A stretch of DNA of 64,000 bases, taken from NCBI RefSeq assembly GCF_001194135.2, contig NC_069003.1, positions 15,945,873 to 16,009,872 on the forward strand. Direction: 5' to 3'. The stretch comes from Octopus bimaculoides (taxonomy: Eukaryota). Both the position numbers and the translations under genes were made by a program. Below are positions 50,890 to 64,000 of the stretch, one piece after another; the stretch's first letter is position 1, and each line of letters begins with the position of its first letter. The notes below the pieces were generated by a model. That model was not told the origin of the DNA. It was given only the letters and a program-made list of their open reading frames with translations, and did no database searches.

Positions 50890-51470
50890 ACATGAAGAAG
50901 AAATTTTCATGCGAGATGCTCGAAAACACATCACCGGTGAATCAGGAATCGGGGAAGGTAGGATTGCACTGTAATGCAAACAAAACAGAGCTGTGTCAGT
51001 GAAAGTGAGAGACGATAAGTCACTGAAGGTAGTTAAAAATTTCAAACCCCTTGGTGCGTGGACACAAAGTACTGAAAAGGACATCGTAGTAAGGAAAGCT
51101 CTTGCCTGGAGCGTATGCCATAAATTGAGAAAGGTATGGAGTTCAAAGTTAGCAAGGAAATTGAAAGTGAGGTTGTCTCTGGCAACAGTGGAGTCTTTTC
51201 TTCTATACAGGGCTCAAACATGAACGTTCACTAAAGCATTGAAGAAGCAGTTGGACGGTTGTTATATGAGGATGCTTAGAATGGCACTCAATGTCTCCTG
51301 GAAGAGTCATACAACACACGTCGACTTATACCAGGGAGCACCATAAGTAACATTAACTTGCAGGAGGATGCTGGTATGGAAGGGGTACAGGAACTGAGGA
51401 CCATTACAGAAGAGCGAGATGAATGGGGAAAACGTGTGGAAACAGTCTTGGAGTGTCCTATGGGAAGACC
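50890..51470 (+). mobile_element. RTE/RTE-X-type LINE 3' fragment
   Basis: VGLHCNANKTE..KNFKPLG..KDIVVRKALAWSVCHKLRKVWSS..TVESFLLY..LDGCYMRMLRMALNVSWK. Confidence 0.8.
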
Positions 51471-51649
51471 TAGATGAGATGAGATGATGTGAATGGAGGT
51501 CTTCAGTATCTGCGGGCTTGTATGTTTATCAAGAATTGAACTCATTAACCACCAGCGGAGGCACAAGTGAAAAGCATTAATTTGTCTGCACAACGTTTTT
51601 AATGGCAATGAAGGCCTTCCCCGGGCACCAGCTAACAACCATTATCATA

Positions 51650-51759
<110 letters not shown>

Positions 51760-52469
51760 AAGAGGGGGAGGGGAAGAGAGATACACGCGCGCGCACTTAT
51801 GTATGAGTACTTAGCAATGCAATTCGTTATAGTTTTCTGTAATAGCTATCGTGTTAGATACACCAAAGTGCTGCTAATATAATTATACGCGCTTGCTTGC
51901 ATATGTGTGTGTATGAGTATGTGTTTGTATCTGACTGCGTGGAGTGAGAGACAGACAGACAGAGCTATTTACTTATCTAACAATATGTCTTACTTTCTGA
52001 CTGTACATGTATAATAAACTGCCATTTTACATATATCTAACTGTATACATATAGACACACCCCTAGATAATAGAATCTCCTTATCTATCCATCTGTCCAT
52101 TAGGCTATCTATTAGTCTCTCTGACTCTCCCCCTCCTACTTATATATTAGAATGCTTAGAATAGCAATGTTTCTAATGCCTACCTTTATAACGTGATATC
52201 AGCTACATCTTCCCTGCAGGTGTGTTATATATTGCACATATGCCATTCATACATACATACATAGATATACAGACACAGACACATACACACATACATACAT
52301 ACATTTGTGCATATATTAAATTATGATAAAATATAAACGGTTAAGACGGGAAAAAATGAACAAGATGGTCTAATGATCTTAAAGCACGTGATTGTCGAAT
52401 CCCGTTCGACCATAATAATCATAACACCAAAACGACCTGCCAAAAAGCAAATCACTGGCCCATACCACT

Positions 52470-52720
52470 CTGGTAGGCCCCTCATCCGGGTGTCACTTAC
52501 TGCGGTGCCTTTTCCAGTGGCAACCTGGTGTGTGTGGTTGTCTGTCCAGCTTTCGCTGCTCGTCAAGCTGAGAAGCGCAAATTGTCAAAGTATCAGCCGC
52601 TCCCTGACATGTTTGTGATCGAGCCTGTGACAGTGGTGACCTCTGGCATTCATGGACCCCGGGCTACACACCTGCTCACTGTTATCGGATGTTCTCCCTC
52701 GCCGTCCCCTGGGACAACCA
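52470..52720 (+). mobile_element. CRE-like non-LTR retrotransposon endonuclease remnant
   Basis: PFSSGNLVC..AARQAEKRKLSKYQPL..FVIEPVTVVTSGIHG resembles the CRE-clade REL motif (PW..G..L.WD..AA..AE..K..KY..L....F.P.A.ET.G). Confidence 0.5.
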
Positions 52721-52974
52721 TTTTTTAAATTTTTGTCTGCCGGGACGATGAGGCGGTCTGACAAGTCTTATGTCAACGTGCAAACGTGCATCAACCATAT
52801 TAGGACTGATAATAATAACATTGCAATTATGTCTCTCTGATATAATGTTTATTAGCTCAACATTTTACCCCTTCATATAACCAATTGTGTGAGTTAAACG
52901 ATAACTGCTGACCAGTTATGGATACCCAACCTAGGCGATCATAGTTTCTATTACAGAAAATATGTTATTCTTAG

Positions 52975-53185
52975 ATAGCTGGCCGAATGGTTAACACGCC
53001 CGGGCAAAAGGCTTAGCGGCATTTCGTCAGTCTTCACGTTCTCAGTTCAAATTCCAACGAGGTCGACTTTGCCTTTCATCGCTTCGGGGTCAATACAATA
53101 AATACCAGTTGAACACTGGGTTTGATTTGATCGACTTACATCCTCCCCCGGAAATGCTGGCCTTGTGCCAAAAATTGAAACCAAT
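52975..53185 (+). mobile_element. SINE family B
   Basis: TGGCCGAATGGTTAACACGCCCGGGC..CAGTTCAAATTCC.ACGAGGTCGACTTTGCCTTTCATC..TGAAACC. Confidence 0.85.
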
Positions 53186-53524
53186 ATTTTAGATAGTCTC
53201 TTAACTCCCGACGGCGCCTTTGTCCCGTTGTTGTCCACACAGTCTCACACAAAATACTTCCAATCGACTCATTACTGTAGTTGTTAACATGTATCCTTTA
53301 TATGTAGAATATCGCGGGTTCAAGTCTCACCGGAACCTGTGCCTATGAAATACATTTTTTAGGTGGCGAATTGGCAGAATGGTAGAATCGTCGAATAAAA
53401 CTTCTTCGAATAATTTTTACAAATCCTGTTCAACCTTGCTTTTATTCTTTTGGTGTCGATATAATATTAATGCAAAGTGGGCAACAAAACATGACATTTT
53501 ATTATTATTATTATTATTATTGTT

Positions 53525-55080
53525 CAGTAGTTTTATTTTTATAACGTGCTTTCACTTCACTACCGAGCGCAGCTCTGTGCGCCTTGGGTATGTGCTGTGG
53601 TTTGCTGTGGTGCTCTTATGGTTACTGTATTGAAAGTGTTTTGCGTAGGATGTGTGCTGTGCTCAGTAGTGCAATTTTCTGTATGTTATATATATTTGTA
53701 AGTCCTGGTGTTTTTGTTATGTATTTGTCTGAATATTTTTTTATTATACCTAAGGCACCTACTATAATAGGAATTGTTTCTGTTTTTAGATTCCACATTC
53801 GAGTTACCTCTATTTCCAGGTCTTTGTATTTTGAAAGTTTTTCAATTTCTTTTAGAGAGACNNNNNNNNNNNNNNNNNNNNNNNNNNNNNNNNNNNNNNN
53901 NNNNNNNNNNNNNNNNNNNNNNNNNNNNNNNNNNNNNNNNNNNNNNNNNNNNNNNNNNNNNNNNNNNNNNNNNNNNNNNNNNNNNNNNNNNNNNNNNNNN
54001 NNNNNNNNNNNNNNNNNNNNNNNNNNNNNNNNNNNNNNNNNNNNNNNNNNNNNNNNNNNNNNNNNNNNNNNNNNNNNNNNNNNNNNNNNNNNNNNNNNNN
54101 NNNNNNNNNNNNNNNNNNNNNNNNNNNNNNNNNNNNNNNNNNNNNNNNNNNNNNNNNNNNNNNNNNNNNNNNNNNNNNNNNNNNNNNNNNNNNNNNNNNN
54201 NNNNNNNNNNNNNNNNNNNNNNNNNNNNNNNNNNNNNNNNNNNNNNNNNNNNNNNNNNNNNNNNNNNNNNNNNNNNNNNNNNNNNNNNNNNNNNNNNNNN
54301 NNNNNNNNNNNNNNNNNNNNNNNNNNNNNNNNNNNNNNNNNNNNNNNNNNNNNNNNNNNNNNNNNNNNNNNNNNNNNNNNNNNNNNNNNNNNNNNNNNNN
54401 NNNNNNNNNNNNNNNNNNNNNNNNNNNNNNNNNNNNNNNNNNNNNNNNNNNNNNNNNNNNNNNNNNNNNNNNNNNNNNNNNNNNNNNNNNNNNNNNNNNN
54501 NNNNNNNNNNNNNNNNNNNNNNNNNNNNNNNNNNNNNNNNNNNNNNNNNNNNNNNNNNNNNNNNNNNNNNNNNNNNNNNNNNNNNNNNNNNNNNNNNNNN
54601 NNNNNNNNNNNNNNNNNNNNNNNNNNNNNNNNNNNNNNNNNNNNNNNNNNCAGAGGGAATACTCATGTCAATTAATAAACACGTCTTCTTTGTCTGATCT
54701 TTTATAATAATATCCGGTTTATTAGCTTTTATAGTCTTGTCGGTATGTACGGGGAAGTCCCAGAGAATCGATACATTTTCTCCCTCAGTCACAACTTCAG
54801 GATGGTGTTTATACCATTTGTCAGTAGTTTTGATTTTATAATGCTGACATATTGTCCAGTGTAAATACTGGCCAACTCTGTCATGTCTTGCTTTATACAG
54901 GTGCTAAGACTCTACATCCTGAGATTAGGTGGTCTATACTTTCAATTGCATCGTTACAAAATCGGCATTTTGGGTCAGCTTCATTTTTTATCACATTGGC
55001 TTGGTAGTTCCAGGTTAATAAGCTTTGGTCTTGAGCAGCCAATATGAAACCTTCACTCTCTGCTTTTAGCCCTGAACTTC
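53525..55080 (-). mobile_element. R4/Dong-clade non-LTR retrotransposon, third copy (gap at 53862-54650)
   Basis: 3' end abuts (TTA)n at 53500-53521; 3' UTR nearly identical to 34260-34385. Minus strand encodes GLKAESEGFILAAQDQSL..PKCRFC..IDHLISGC (CCHC) and ILWDFPVHTDKTIKANKPDIIIKD..LIDMSIP (REL). Confidence 0.92.
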
Positions 55081-55085
55081 GTAAA

Positions 55086-55277
55086 GGCGGTGAGCTGGCA
55101 GAAACGTTAGCACGCTGGGCGAAATGCTTAATGGTATCTCATCTACCGCTACGTTTTGAGTTCAAATTTCGCCGAGGTCGACTTCACCTTTCTCTCTATC
55201 GGGGTCGATGAAATAAGAACCAGATACGCACTGGGGTAGATGTAATCGACTTACTCTCTTCCACAAAATTTTGGCCT
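55086..55277 (+). mobile_element. SINE family B at the 5' break of the R4 copy
   Basis: GGCGGTGAGCTGGCAGAAACGTTAGCACG..GAGTTCAAATTTCGCCGAGGTCGAC..GCACTGGGGT.GATGTAATCGACTTA. Confidence 0.85.
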
Positions 55278-55560
55278 ACACTGGATAACACTCGACGGGT
55301 GTGTTTTGATCAAATTTGTCATAGTTTTTTACTAAATACTTTTTGCTGTTTCTTGCATCATTTTACGTTCTGAGTGCCCAGAGAATTGTGGAGGAATCGG
55401 TTTTTGCCAAGGTGACAAGATGGCATTCTTTTAGAAAGGCAACATAAAACTGCTTTTGTATTTTACGATAAAAATACCATTGCATCACACAGTGCTTGTC
55501 AGAGCAGTCACTGCAGTTGCCTGGAAGGTTGGTAGACAATCTAATAAGCTCCAGATATAC

Positions 55561-55632
<72 letters not shown>

Positions 55633-56386
55633 GTATGTACATATGTAAGTATTTACCTATGTGTATGCATTTATGTATGTAAATATATATGTGTATATTT
55701 ATATGTCTATAGATTCATATTANNNNNNNNNNNNNNNNNNNNNNNNNNNNNNNNNNNNNNNNNNNNNNNNNNNNNNNNNNNNNNNNNNNNNNNNNNNNNN
55801 NNNNNNNNNNNNNNNNNNNNNNNNNNNNNNNNNNNNNNNNNNNNNNNNNNNNNNNNNNNNNNNNNNNNNNNNNNNNNNNNNNNNNNNNNNNNNNNNNNNN
55901 NNNNNNNNNNNNNNNNNNNNNNNNNNNNNNNNNNNNNNNNNNNNNNNNNNNNNNNNNNNNNNNNNNNNNNNNNNNNNNNNNNNNNNNNNNNNNNNNNNNN
56001 NNNNNNNNNNNNNNNNNNNNNNNNNNNNNNNNNNNNNNNNNNNNNNNNNNNNNNNNNNNNNNNNNNNNNNNNNNNNNNNNNNNNNNNNNNNNNNNNNNNN
56101 NNNNNNNNNNNNNNNNNNNNNNNNNNNNNNNNNNNNNNNNNNNNNNNNNNNNNNNNNATATATACATACTCACACACACACACACACAGATTGCGTATAT
56201 CATCCGATATTAGAATTCACTTCACGTCCGCTCTTTTGACATTGACAACAAAGAAATTATGAAGAAGTTGTTTCTGAAATCTCATCTATGGATCAATTTA
56301 GGTAAGTTAGTAACAATGGATTGCACTTAATGTGGTTTTCTAGCGATATAGTTTGTTGGGGGAGTATTGAACAATAAATCAAAGAG

Positions 56387-56437
<51 letters not shown>

Positions 56438-56879
56438 GTAGGTAGGTAGGTAGGTAGGGAGGTAGGGAGAGTGATAGCTAGACCGGTGGGTCAGTAAGTA
56501 TGTAAGTAGATATGCATGCGTGAGTGAGTGCATGCATGCATATGTATGTACATATATATATATGTATACAAACATACACACACACACACACATACATACT
56601 TATATACATACATACATACATATACGTCATACAGGAAGAAATTAAAAAAGAAGAAAGCAATAAAGAAACAAAGAAAAATGAAGGAAAGGAAGAAAAGAAG
56701 AGAGAAAGAAAGAAAGAAAGAAAGAAAGAAATAAATAAAGAAAGAAAGAAAGAAAAGAAAGAAAGGAAGAAAGAAAGACCAACCATAAATAGTAATGTAT
56801 ATATTGGTTCACGGATATGTGAATAAGTGAAAGGTTAAGAGGGAGAAAACTGGACAGACAGACAGACAGACAGACAGAC

Positions 56880-56943
<64 letters not shown>

Positions 56944-57230
56944 GAAGAGAGAGAGATGAAGAAAGGGAAATAAAGATCAATAGAGACGGACATATACATA
57001 ATTAGTCTGACGTGTTAGAAACTATATTTCGTTACAAAGAGGTTTGGTTATTGATACGAAATTGAAGTATCGAGGTAATTGAGTTTAGCGCAAATGACCT
57101 GAGAATGATGGGCGGGTCAGTGGAGATGCCGTGATTTTAGCTGGCTCAACCACAATAATGTGATTTCTGAGTTTCACGAGGGTATACCATATTATATTCA
57201 CATATATATATGTATGTATATACAAACATG

Positions 57231-57276
<46 letters not shown>

Positions 57277-57481
57277 NNNNNNNNNNNNNNNNNNNNNNNN
57301 NNNNNNNNNNNNNNNNNNNNNNNNNNNNNNNNNNNNNNNNNNNNNNNNNNNNNNNNNNNNNNNNNNNNNNNNNNNNNNNNNNNNNNNNNNNNNNNNNNNN
57401 NNNNNNNNNNNNNNNNNNNNNNNNNNNNNNNNNNNNNNNNNNNNNNNNNNNNNNNNNNNNNNNNNNNNNNNNNNNNNNNNN

Positions 57482-57526
<45 letters not shown>

Positions 57527-57681
57527 TATGTATGTAAATATATGTATATTTAATATTTATAAACGCATGCATTCACGAGCAAACACTGCACATGCGCATA
57601 CACAAACATATGCATACCTGTATACGTATGCGAATACACACACATAAACATACACTTGCGCGCGCGTGTGTGTGTGTCTGT

Positions 57682-57716
<35 letters not shown>

Positions 57717-57748
57717 TGTATTATCATACAAAGTTATTAGTTTATATA

Positions 57749-58398
57749 CAGAGTGCGATGGTATTTGAGGACATACTTTTTGGGAGTCATTTTTGCTAAC
57801 TCTATAATCTTCGTTTCAAAAAATAATGATGGTAGAGAGCTTGCTCAAGAAATGGAGAGACATGCTGTTATTGTGGTTATAAAGGCTGAGCATAGCAATT
57901 TAGAAATATCTTGATTTTTAGAAGTTGCCAGATCTTTCGTCTACAAAGTTTGTAAGGAGCTAGAGACTGAAGATGGAAACGTGTCTCCAGTATCAAAGCA
58001 TGAAAAACATTTTAAACGCGCTTCAATCACCAGAACACCTGAATTTATCCAGTTGCATGACAGTTACAGGAAATATTGTATGCATAACACTTGGAAATTC
58101 AGAAGTCTCTACATATAACCATGTGTCATTTCTTCTGTTAGCTTTTTCATCTTGGTCAAAGTTTCTCTCGTTTGTGAAAACCCAAATCAAATCTTCTTCT
58201 GCTGGATTTTTCAGTTTGTTTAAGAGGCTTTTAAATCTAATATAGTGATTTTCTTTTGCTTTTTCTGACAAATTGGACTCTCCTCATCCTATAAGACTGA
58301 TGTCTTCGTAGACAACATTTCTGAATGTTCCTTCTGACACATGGAGATCTTTGCAATTGACCTCATGGACTTCCTCGGATTGTATTCAATGGGTCTGT
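57749..58398. mobile_element. DD37D (maT)-type transposon 5' part with an internal inversion
   Basis: The + strand encodes QEMERHAVIVVIKAEHSNLEIS..VARSFVYKVCKELETEDGNVSPV..RTPEFI to about 58050. The continuation (PRKSMRSIAK..LLNKLKNP..WVFTNERNFDQDEKANRRND..FPVTVM) is on the - strand at 58050-58398. TA|CAGAGTG start. Confidence 0.75.
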
Positions 58399-59332
58399 AA
58401 TGTGTGGGTGTGGAGGATGGTGCGGGTGCTGGGAAGTGGGCAGTGCTAGTGTATGCGAAGTGGTGTTGGGTGGTGTCATGTGGTGTCATGGCGTGAAGTG
58501 TGTGGCGGTGTTGGGGTGTGGGGATGTGAGGGTGGGGTGTGGGTTTGAGGTGAGGATGTGGGAGTAAGAGTGGGGTGTGTGGGAGTGGGATGTTGGTGTA
58601 TGGATGGAGGCAGTATCAATGAAGGGAGAAGGTGGGTAGGAGTGAAGAAAGGAAGTGGGTGTCAGGGCAAGCCTACGAATTCGGTAAACTGTTAGGCAAG
58701 CCTGGGCTGCTTTAATATAAGAAAGAAATATTTTCAAATACTATACTGTTGCGTACCTCATGGCTGACGTCGGTGTTACTTGTTGAGGCCGGTGTAGGAG
58801 GAGGAGGAGGAGGAGGAGGAGATTACACATTAGATGTCGATAGTTGGGGATCGTCAACTGACTTCTGTCGTGATTGTGTAGATCGTTGTACGAACATGTC
58901 TAAAGTTCCTTGAATTGTCTTGTTCTTCTCTTCAAGGATTAGGTAATAAGGTACAGTAGTATCTTGACAACCCTCCAATATTTTTAGAAAATGTTGTGAT
59001 TGGGATCCATTTCCTCAAATAAAGTAAATCATTTATCTAAATGAGAAAAAGCCTCTTGCAGTTTCTTCAACGTAGAACGACGAGGCTCGGGTTCAATGAT
59101 GCAAACTATATTTTAACAATAATTTGAATATTCTATACAGATTATACGTTTCTATTGCATTTTTATTTATTTCCCGGAGATGAATACTAACGTAGTCAAT
59201 CGATACGACCCGGAACTCACAGTACAGTAGCGTATGAATGTTATTGCTGTTTTGACAGGCAACGTAAATTGATACTGCATTTAATGTTTATTTAAAAATT
59301 TAGAAAGACCGACATATCTTCATCATTACCAC

Positions 59333-59365
<33 letters not shown>

Positions 59366-59589
59366 CATTATCGTTATTATTTCTGACATATACACAATGA
59401 CACAAATTTTGTGGGTTATGTGTAACTGATTTATTCAATGTGAGTGCTAAGTGATTTTAGTGAGCCCCAGAGGTATATGTGTATGGTCAAAAACATTTTT
59501 ATTTTTTTATTTTTCTATTGAGGAAAATGGTTAAATGTTTTGGATGGTTAATCAGTGAATTAGATTTGAATTATTTGCGATTCGTTTGG

Positions 59590-59689
<100 letters not shown>

Positions 59690-60262
59690 TTGGGATATAT
59701 TGTCAAAGTATTTTTCTGTTTATCTTTTTTATATTGAGGGGATGTGGTCAGTACTTCTGACCAGCTGTGCGTGTGTGTGCGTGTGTGTGTGTGTGTGTGC
59801 ATGTTTATGCATGTACGTTGTTTTTGATTTCAGGGAAATGCTTTGTGTGTGTGTGTGTGTGTGCATGTTTATGCATGTACGTTGTTTTTGATTTNNNNNN
59901 NNNNNNNNNNNNNNNNNNNNNNNNNNNNNNNNNNNNNNNNNNNNNNNNNNNNNNNNNNNNNNNNNNNNNNNNNNNNNNNNNNNNNNNNNNNNNNNNNNNN
60001 NNNNNNNNNNNNNNNNNNNNNNNNNNNNNNNNNNNNNNNNNNNNNNNNNNNNNNNNNNNNNNNNNNNNNNNNNNNNNNNNNNNNNNNNNNNNNNNNNNNN
60101 NNNNNNNNNNNNNNNNNNNNNNNNNNNNNNNNNNNNNNNNNNNNNNNNNNNNNNNNNNNNNNNNNNNNNNNNNNNNNNNNNNNNNNNNNNNNNNNNNNNN
60201 NNNNNNNNNNNNNNNNNNNNNNNNNNNNNNNNNNNNNNNNNNNNNNNNNNNNNNNNNNNNAT

Positions 60263-60295
<33 letters not shown>

Positions 60296-60403
60296 AATTT
60301 AAATTTTCTTGAGAACAATCTCTTTTCTTAGAGGTTAGACCATAGGTGGTATTCTAGTATAATGACTGTCCACTTACTGGACATCCCTCTTATATATATA
60401 TAT

Positions 60404-60785
60404 ACTTTTGTTCTTTTGTTTCAGTCATTTGACGGCGGCCATGCTGGATCACCTCCAGTAGTCGAGCATATCGTCCCCAGGCCTTATTCTTTGTAAGCCT
60501 AGTACTTATTCTATCGGGATATTTTGCCGAACCGCTAAGTTACGAGGACGTATACACACCAGCATCAGTTGTCAAGCGATGTTGGGGGACAAACACAGGC
60601 ACACAAACATATACATGTATTTATATATACGACGGGTTTCTTTCAATTTCCGCCTACCAAATCCACTCACAAGGCTTCGGTCGGACTGAGGCTACAGTAG
60701 AAGGCACTTGCCCAAAGTACCACGCAGTGAGACTGAACCCGAAACCATGTGGTTGGTAAGCAAGTTACTTACCACACAGCCACTC
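60404..60785 (-). mobile_element. SINE family A, near full length
   Basis: Collinear with 5526-5943; followed by a partial repeat of the middle section at about 60800-60860. Confidence 0.88.
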
Positions 60786-61139
60786 ATATATATATATATA
60801 TGACGAGCTTGTTTCAGTTTCTGTCTACCAAATTCACTCGCAATGCTTTGGTCGGCCCCAGTCTCCAGTTGAAGATATTTAATCAAGATGTCATTCAGTG
60901 TGACAAGCTTCTTGCCCACACAGCCACGACTCTCCCCAGTAGCTACACAAATGCAATTACTACTTCCATCCATGCTCTCTCGTTTAACAAGAATTTTTCC
61001 ATAAATAAAAAAACAAAAATGCAAAATGAATTCAATATCATAACAACCAGAATACTGAGTCATCGAAATTTATGTGTTTGTTTTAAAGAAAAACCCGATC
61101 CTTATTTGGTTTGATTCAAAGAAGGGATTTAATTGAAGT

Positions 61140-61550
61140 TTCATATTGATGTTAATTACGATAACTATCTTAATTGTGATACTATTAGTTGTTGTTGTTG
61201 TTGACGTTGTTGATGGTAATTGTGCTGTTTTTGGAGTTTTTATTGATGTTGGTGGTGGTGGTGGTGCGATTTTGAGGATGGTAGTGATGATAGTGGTGGT
61301 GATATTTATATTGGTGGTGGTGGCAGTGTTAGTAGTGGCGATGTGGAAGTAGCAATTGTGGTTTTAATATATGGCTTCTTAGCCGAGTTCTTTGTGGTGG
61401 TGGTGGTGGTGGCGGCGCTGGTCGACGTCCTGGCGGATGTGGTGGTGGTGGTAGCTGGTGGGGGTGTTGGTTTTGTTTTGGTGAAACATGTTTTAAAACA
61501 TAGCCTCAGGGTGAATGGGTGAGGGTGTGGGAGAGGGGACTCAAGAAACT
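61140..61550 (-). mobile_element. Possible LINE ORF1 low-complexity fragment
   Basis: Minus strand is Thr/Pro-rich (LCFKTCFTKTKPTPPPATTTTS..), similar in composition to the Thr-rich tail of the ORF1 at 62880-62990. No diagnostic motif. Confidence 0.3.
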
Positions 61551-61999
61551 ATTTAAGAGTAATTTTCGGAAAAATTTCTAAACTGTTTTGCGTTCTTTCG
61601 TTGATTAAAGCTCGGTGGTGTGCATCAAACTGTGACCTGTAAACAGCAAACGACGATAACAACAGCAACTTGGACAGCGATGACGATGTTGTCGATGAAG
61701 TTGACAATGACGATGACGAGGAAGAAGACAGAAAGGAAGGCGAGAGGAAAAGGAAGAGGACAAAATGCATAGCGGTATTTTGTCCACCTACTTATGCTCT
61801 GAGTTCAAATTTCACCGAGGTCACTTTGCCTTTCATTCTTTTGGGATCGATAAAATAAATAGAAGCCGAGTACTGTAGTCGATGGAGTCAGCTAGACGAC
61901 ACTCACCCACAATATCAGATCTTGTGCCAAGAATCGTTAGCATACTGGGCAAAATGCATTTCGCATCAACAACAACAGCAACAACACATCCCGAGAAAG

Positions 62000-64000
62000 T
62001 AAGTTTCCGTTGCTAAAACTCTCAGCACTGTCATCACAGAAACAACAAAAGAGATCAATGACGACAAAAAAGCAACGACATTACGAGAACACTGTCACCT
62101 CCATCACCAACACCTGTGACAACAGCAAACTCACCGTCACCAACCTCATTAACGAAAAAAACAAGAACGACAAAAACAAACCATACAAATCTGATGTTTG
62201 CGGTTTCATCGAAACGATATGGCAAATAAGTGAAGAAATGTTTATAAACGAAAACAAGGAATTTAGAAGTACAACATACACGCTGGAAAATGTAGATGAA
62301 ATGTGGAACTGTATCCTAGATATGTCCAGCAAGAAGTTAATTGCAGACGTTCGATACAAAACAATCGGAACAAGGAGTAGAATAGAGCAGGTAACATACC
62401 AGCTGATAGAAAAATGTATGTGACCAATTTAGAAGAGCAGAGCTTATGTAGCCGGGGTGGGGGGATATGGAACTGTCGAAATGAGGTTCGCCTCAGAGGA
62501 AGAGGCCAAAAAGCACTCAACAACCAACCAGTCTAACAAGTAGCGAACTCATCCTCATTCCCATTTACCTTCACCGAAGGGTGTTTAAAATAAGAATATT
62601 AAATATACCACCAAAAATCAACATTTACCGGTTGGTGGCAGCGGTTCATTTCGGCATAGATGCGAAAACCAGTATTCTGCAGATACAGAGATTACAAAAG
62701 GAGAACTGATGAGGACAGAGTATGCAGTTGTTAATACAGGTGGAACAGCAGAGTGTCGAGGTTATCCTGGGCTTCATAACCCTACCAGATGGCACAGAGC
62801 TTCACGTGGCTGTTGAGGGTAAAAGGCCGAGGTGTCAGTTGAGCAATGACACAAATCACTTCAAAGCCTTTCGCCCGCAGCAAAAGGAAACTAACACTAC
62901 TACTGACACCATCATCACCACCTTGGTCACCACCAGTACAACAGCAACATCACCAACAGAGATAGGAGGCCCCAATATCACTAACAACAGGACCGAAACT
63001 AAGCTTTACTATTATATGCCAGACTTGTTTGGCGGCCTATAAGCAAATATCTACTGCAACTGGCAAGAAAGAATTCCTAATTCTGTGAGTCGAGGAGCAG
63101 GAGCATTATTGAGAAAGCGGGGATCAAGTAGAAAATTTTAAGCCCATAATGCTGCTGAACACAGATTTCAAAGTTTTGTTAGCAAAGAGGTTGGAGCTTG
63201 CCGTCGAGGAGCGATACACAAACATGCGCCATCCCAAGCAGATCCATTCACCACAACCTACACCTCATGCTTTAAATCATAGACAGGATGGGTAAAGAAG
63301 ATGGCATAGGTGGGAACCTGATCAATTTCGATCAGTCTAAAGTAAGTATTCGATAGGGTCGACCACCAATACTTGGCAGCCGTTCTCACGGCGTCCGGTT
63401 TCGGTCCCGTTTCCATAATTGGATCACTGCAATGTACAGTAACATCCGTTCGGTGTTCTGGTAAATGGTTACTTATCAAAGCCATTCAGCATTTTGTGCT
63501 GGGTCTGTTAAGGGTAGCCTCTCTCGTTTCACATACGTACAAGCTCTACTGTCACTACTATGGAAAGTGGAGGCGTTGAGAGGCATCCCGCGCGAAGTAG
63601 CACATGGGAGAACCGTGTCAGTATGCACAGACGACTTTACCGTACATAGCCCTGTATATAGCACTGTTCCAAAAGAACAGGAGGCGGTGACAAGAGCAAA
63701 AATTAAGTAAGAAACGTAAGAGGGCCTACAGCTTGGCATCTGAAAAGGCAAATCCATTCCGTCCAATTACGTCGTGGGACACTGGATTTAGGACCGGTTA
63801 AATTGCTCGGGGTCTGATTTGGTCCGGATCACCAGGTGAAGAATTGTAACGAGGTGACGAGCGGGGTGCCCAATCTCACCCAGAAATGGACCGAGAGAAG
63901 GCTATCGGTGAAAGGTCGGGCAGAGATGGCGAATGCTTATATAGCATCCGTCATATACTACTACCTAACCGTCGTGCCCTGTTCCGGTTTGCGTCTGATC
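62000..64000 (+). mobile_element. L1/Tx1-clade LINE relic: ORF1 remnant joined to RT; runs off the window
   Basis: ORF1-like GTVEMRFASEEEAKKHS..RILNIPPKI..ITLPDGTELHVAVEGKRPRCQ. From about 63000: MPDLFG..ENFKPIMLLNTDFK..AKRL..FDRVDHQYL..CTDDFTV..GPVKLLGV..WTERRLSVKGRAE (RT). No APE endonuclease in between. Confidence 0.85.

Noticed and set aside
58400-59100. G-rich tract, possible Penelope 3' region
   Set aside because: Composition is suggestive only; no diagnostic protein or ribozyme motif was found.
59790-59894. 64-bp tandem duplication next to a gap
   Set aside because: Probably a partly assembled minisatellite; cannot be evaluated without the gap sequence.

Overview
Eukaryotic, repeat-saturated genomic DNA from a gapped short-read assembly; most N gaps are flanked by CA/TA/AAT microsatellites. 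The SINE, LINE and microsatellite landscape points to an octopus-type coleoid cephalopod (inference). Only one host coding exon is convincing: a 161-bp internal exon (22386-22546, +) of a SCY1-like pseudokinase (SCYL2-like), apparently flanked by very long introns. The rest is transposon material: several tRNA-derived SINE families, a young (AAT)n-targeting R4/Dong-clade LINE (three copies) plus an older R4-like copy, Tx1/L1, RTE, CR1 and CRE-like fragments, a full-length Hsmar1-like mariner relic, other mariner and DD37D (maT) derivatives, and Helitron termini. The most notable signal is a small non-autonomous element carrying a minimal type I hammerhead ribozyme motif with Penelope-like inverted ends (1354-1580 with an 11-bp TSD; second copy at 32351-32490). 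Sequence in this window links it to a tRNA-derived Pol III head, suggesting a SINE-like ribozyme retroelement. A second, unrelated hammerhead-like motif with the same extra-A core lies at 20238-20274. Almost all ORFs in the supplied track are microsatellite or N-gap artefacts. No CRISPR array, rRNA or genuine tRNA gene was seen. SINE family letters (A, B, E, F, G) are labels used only here.
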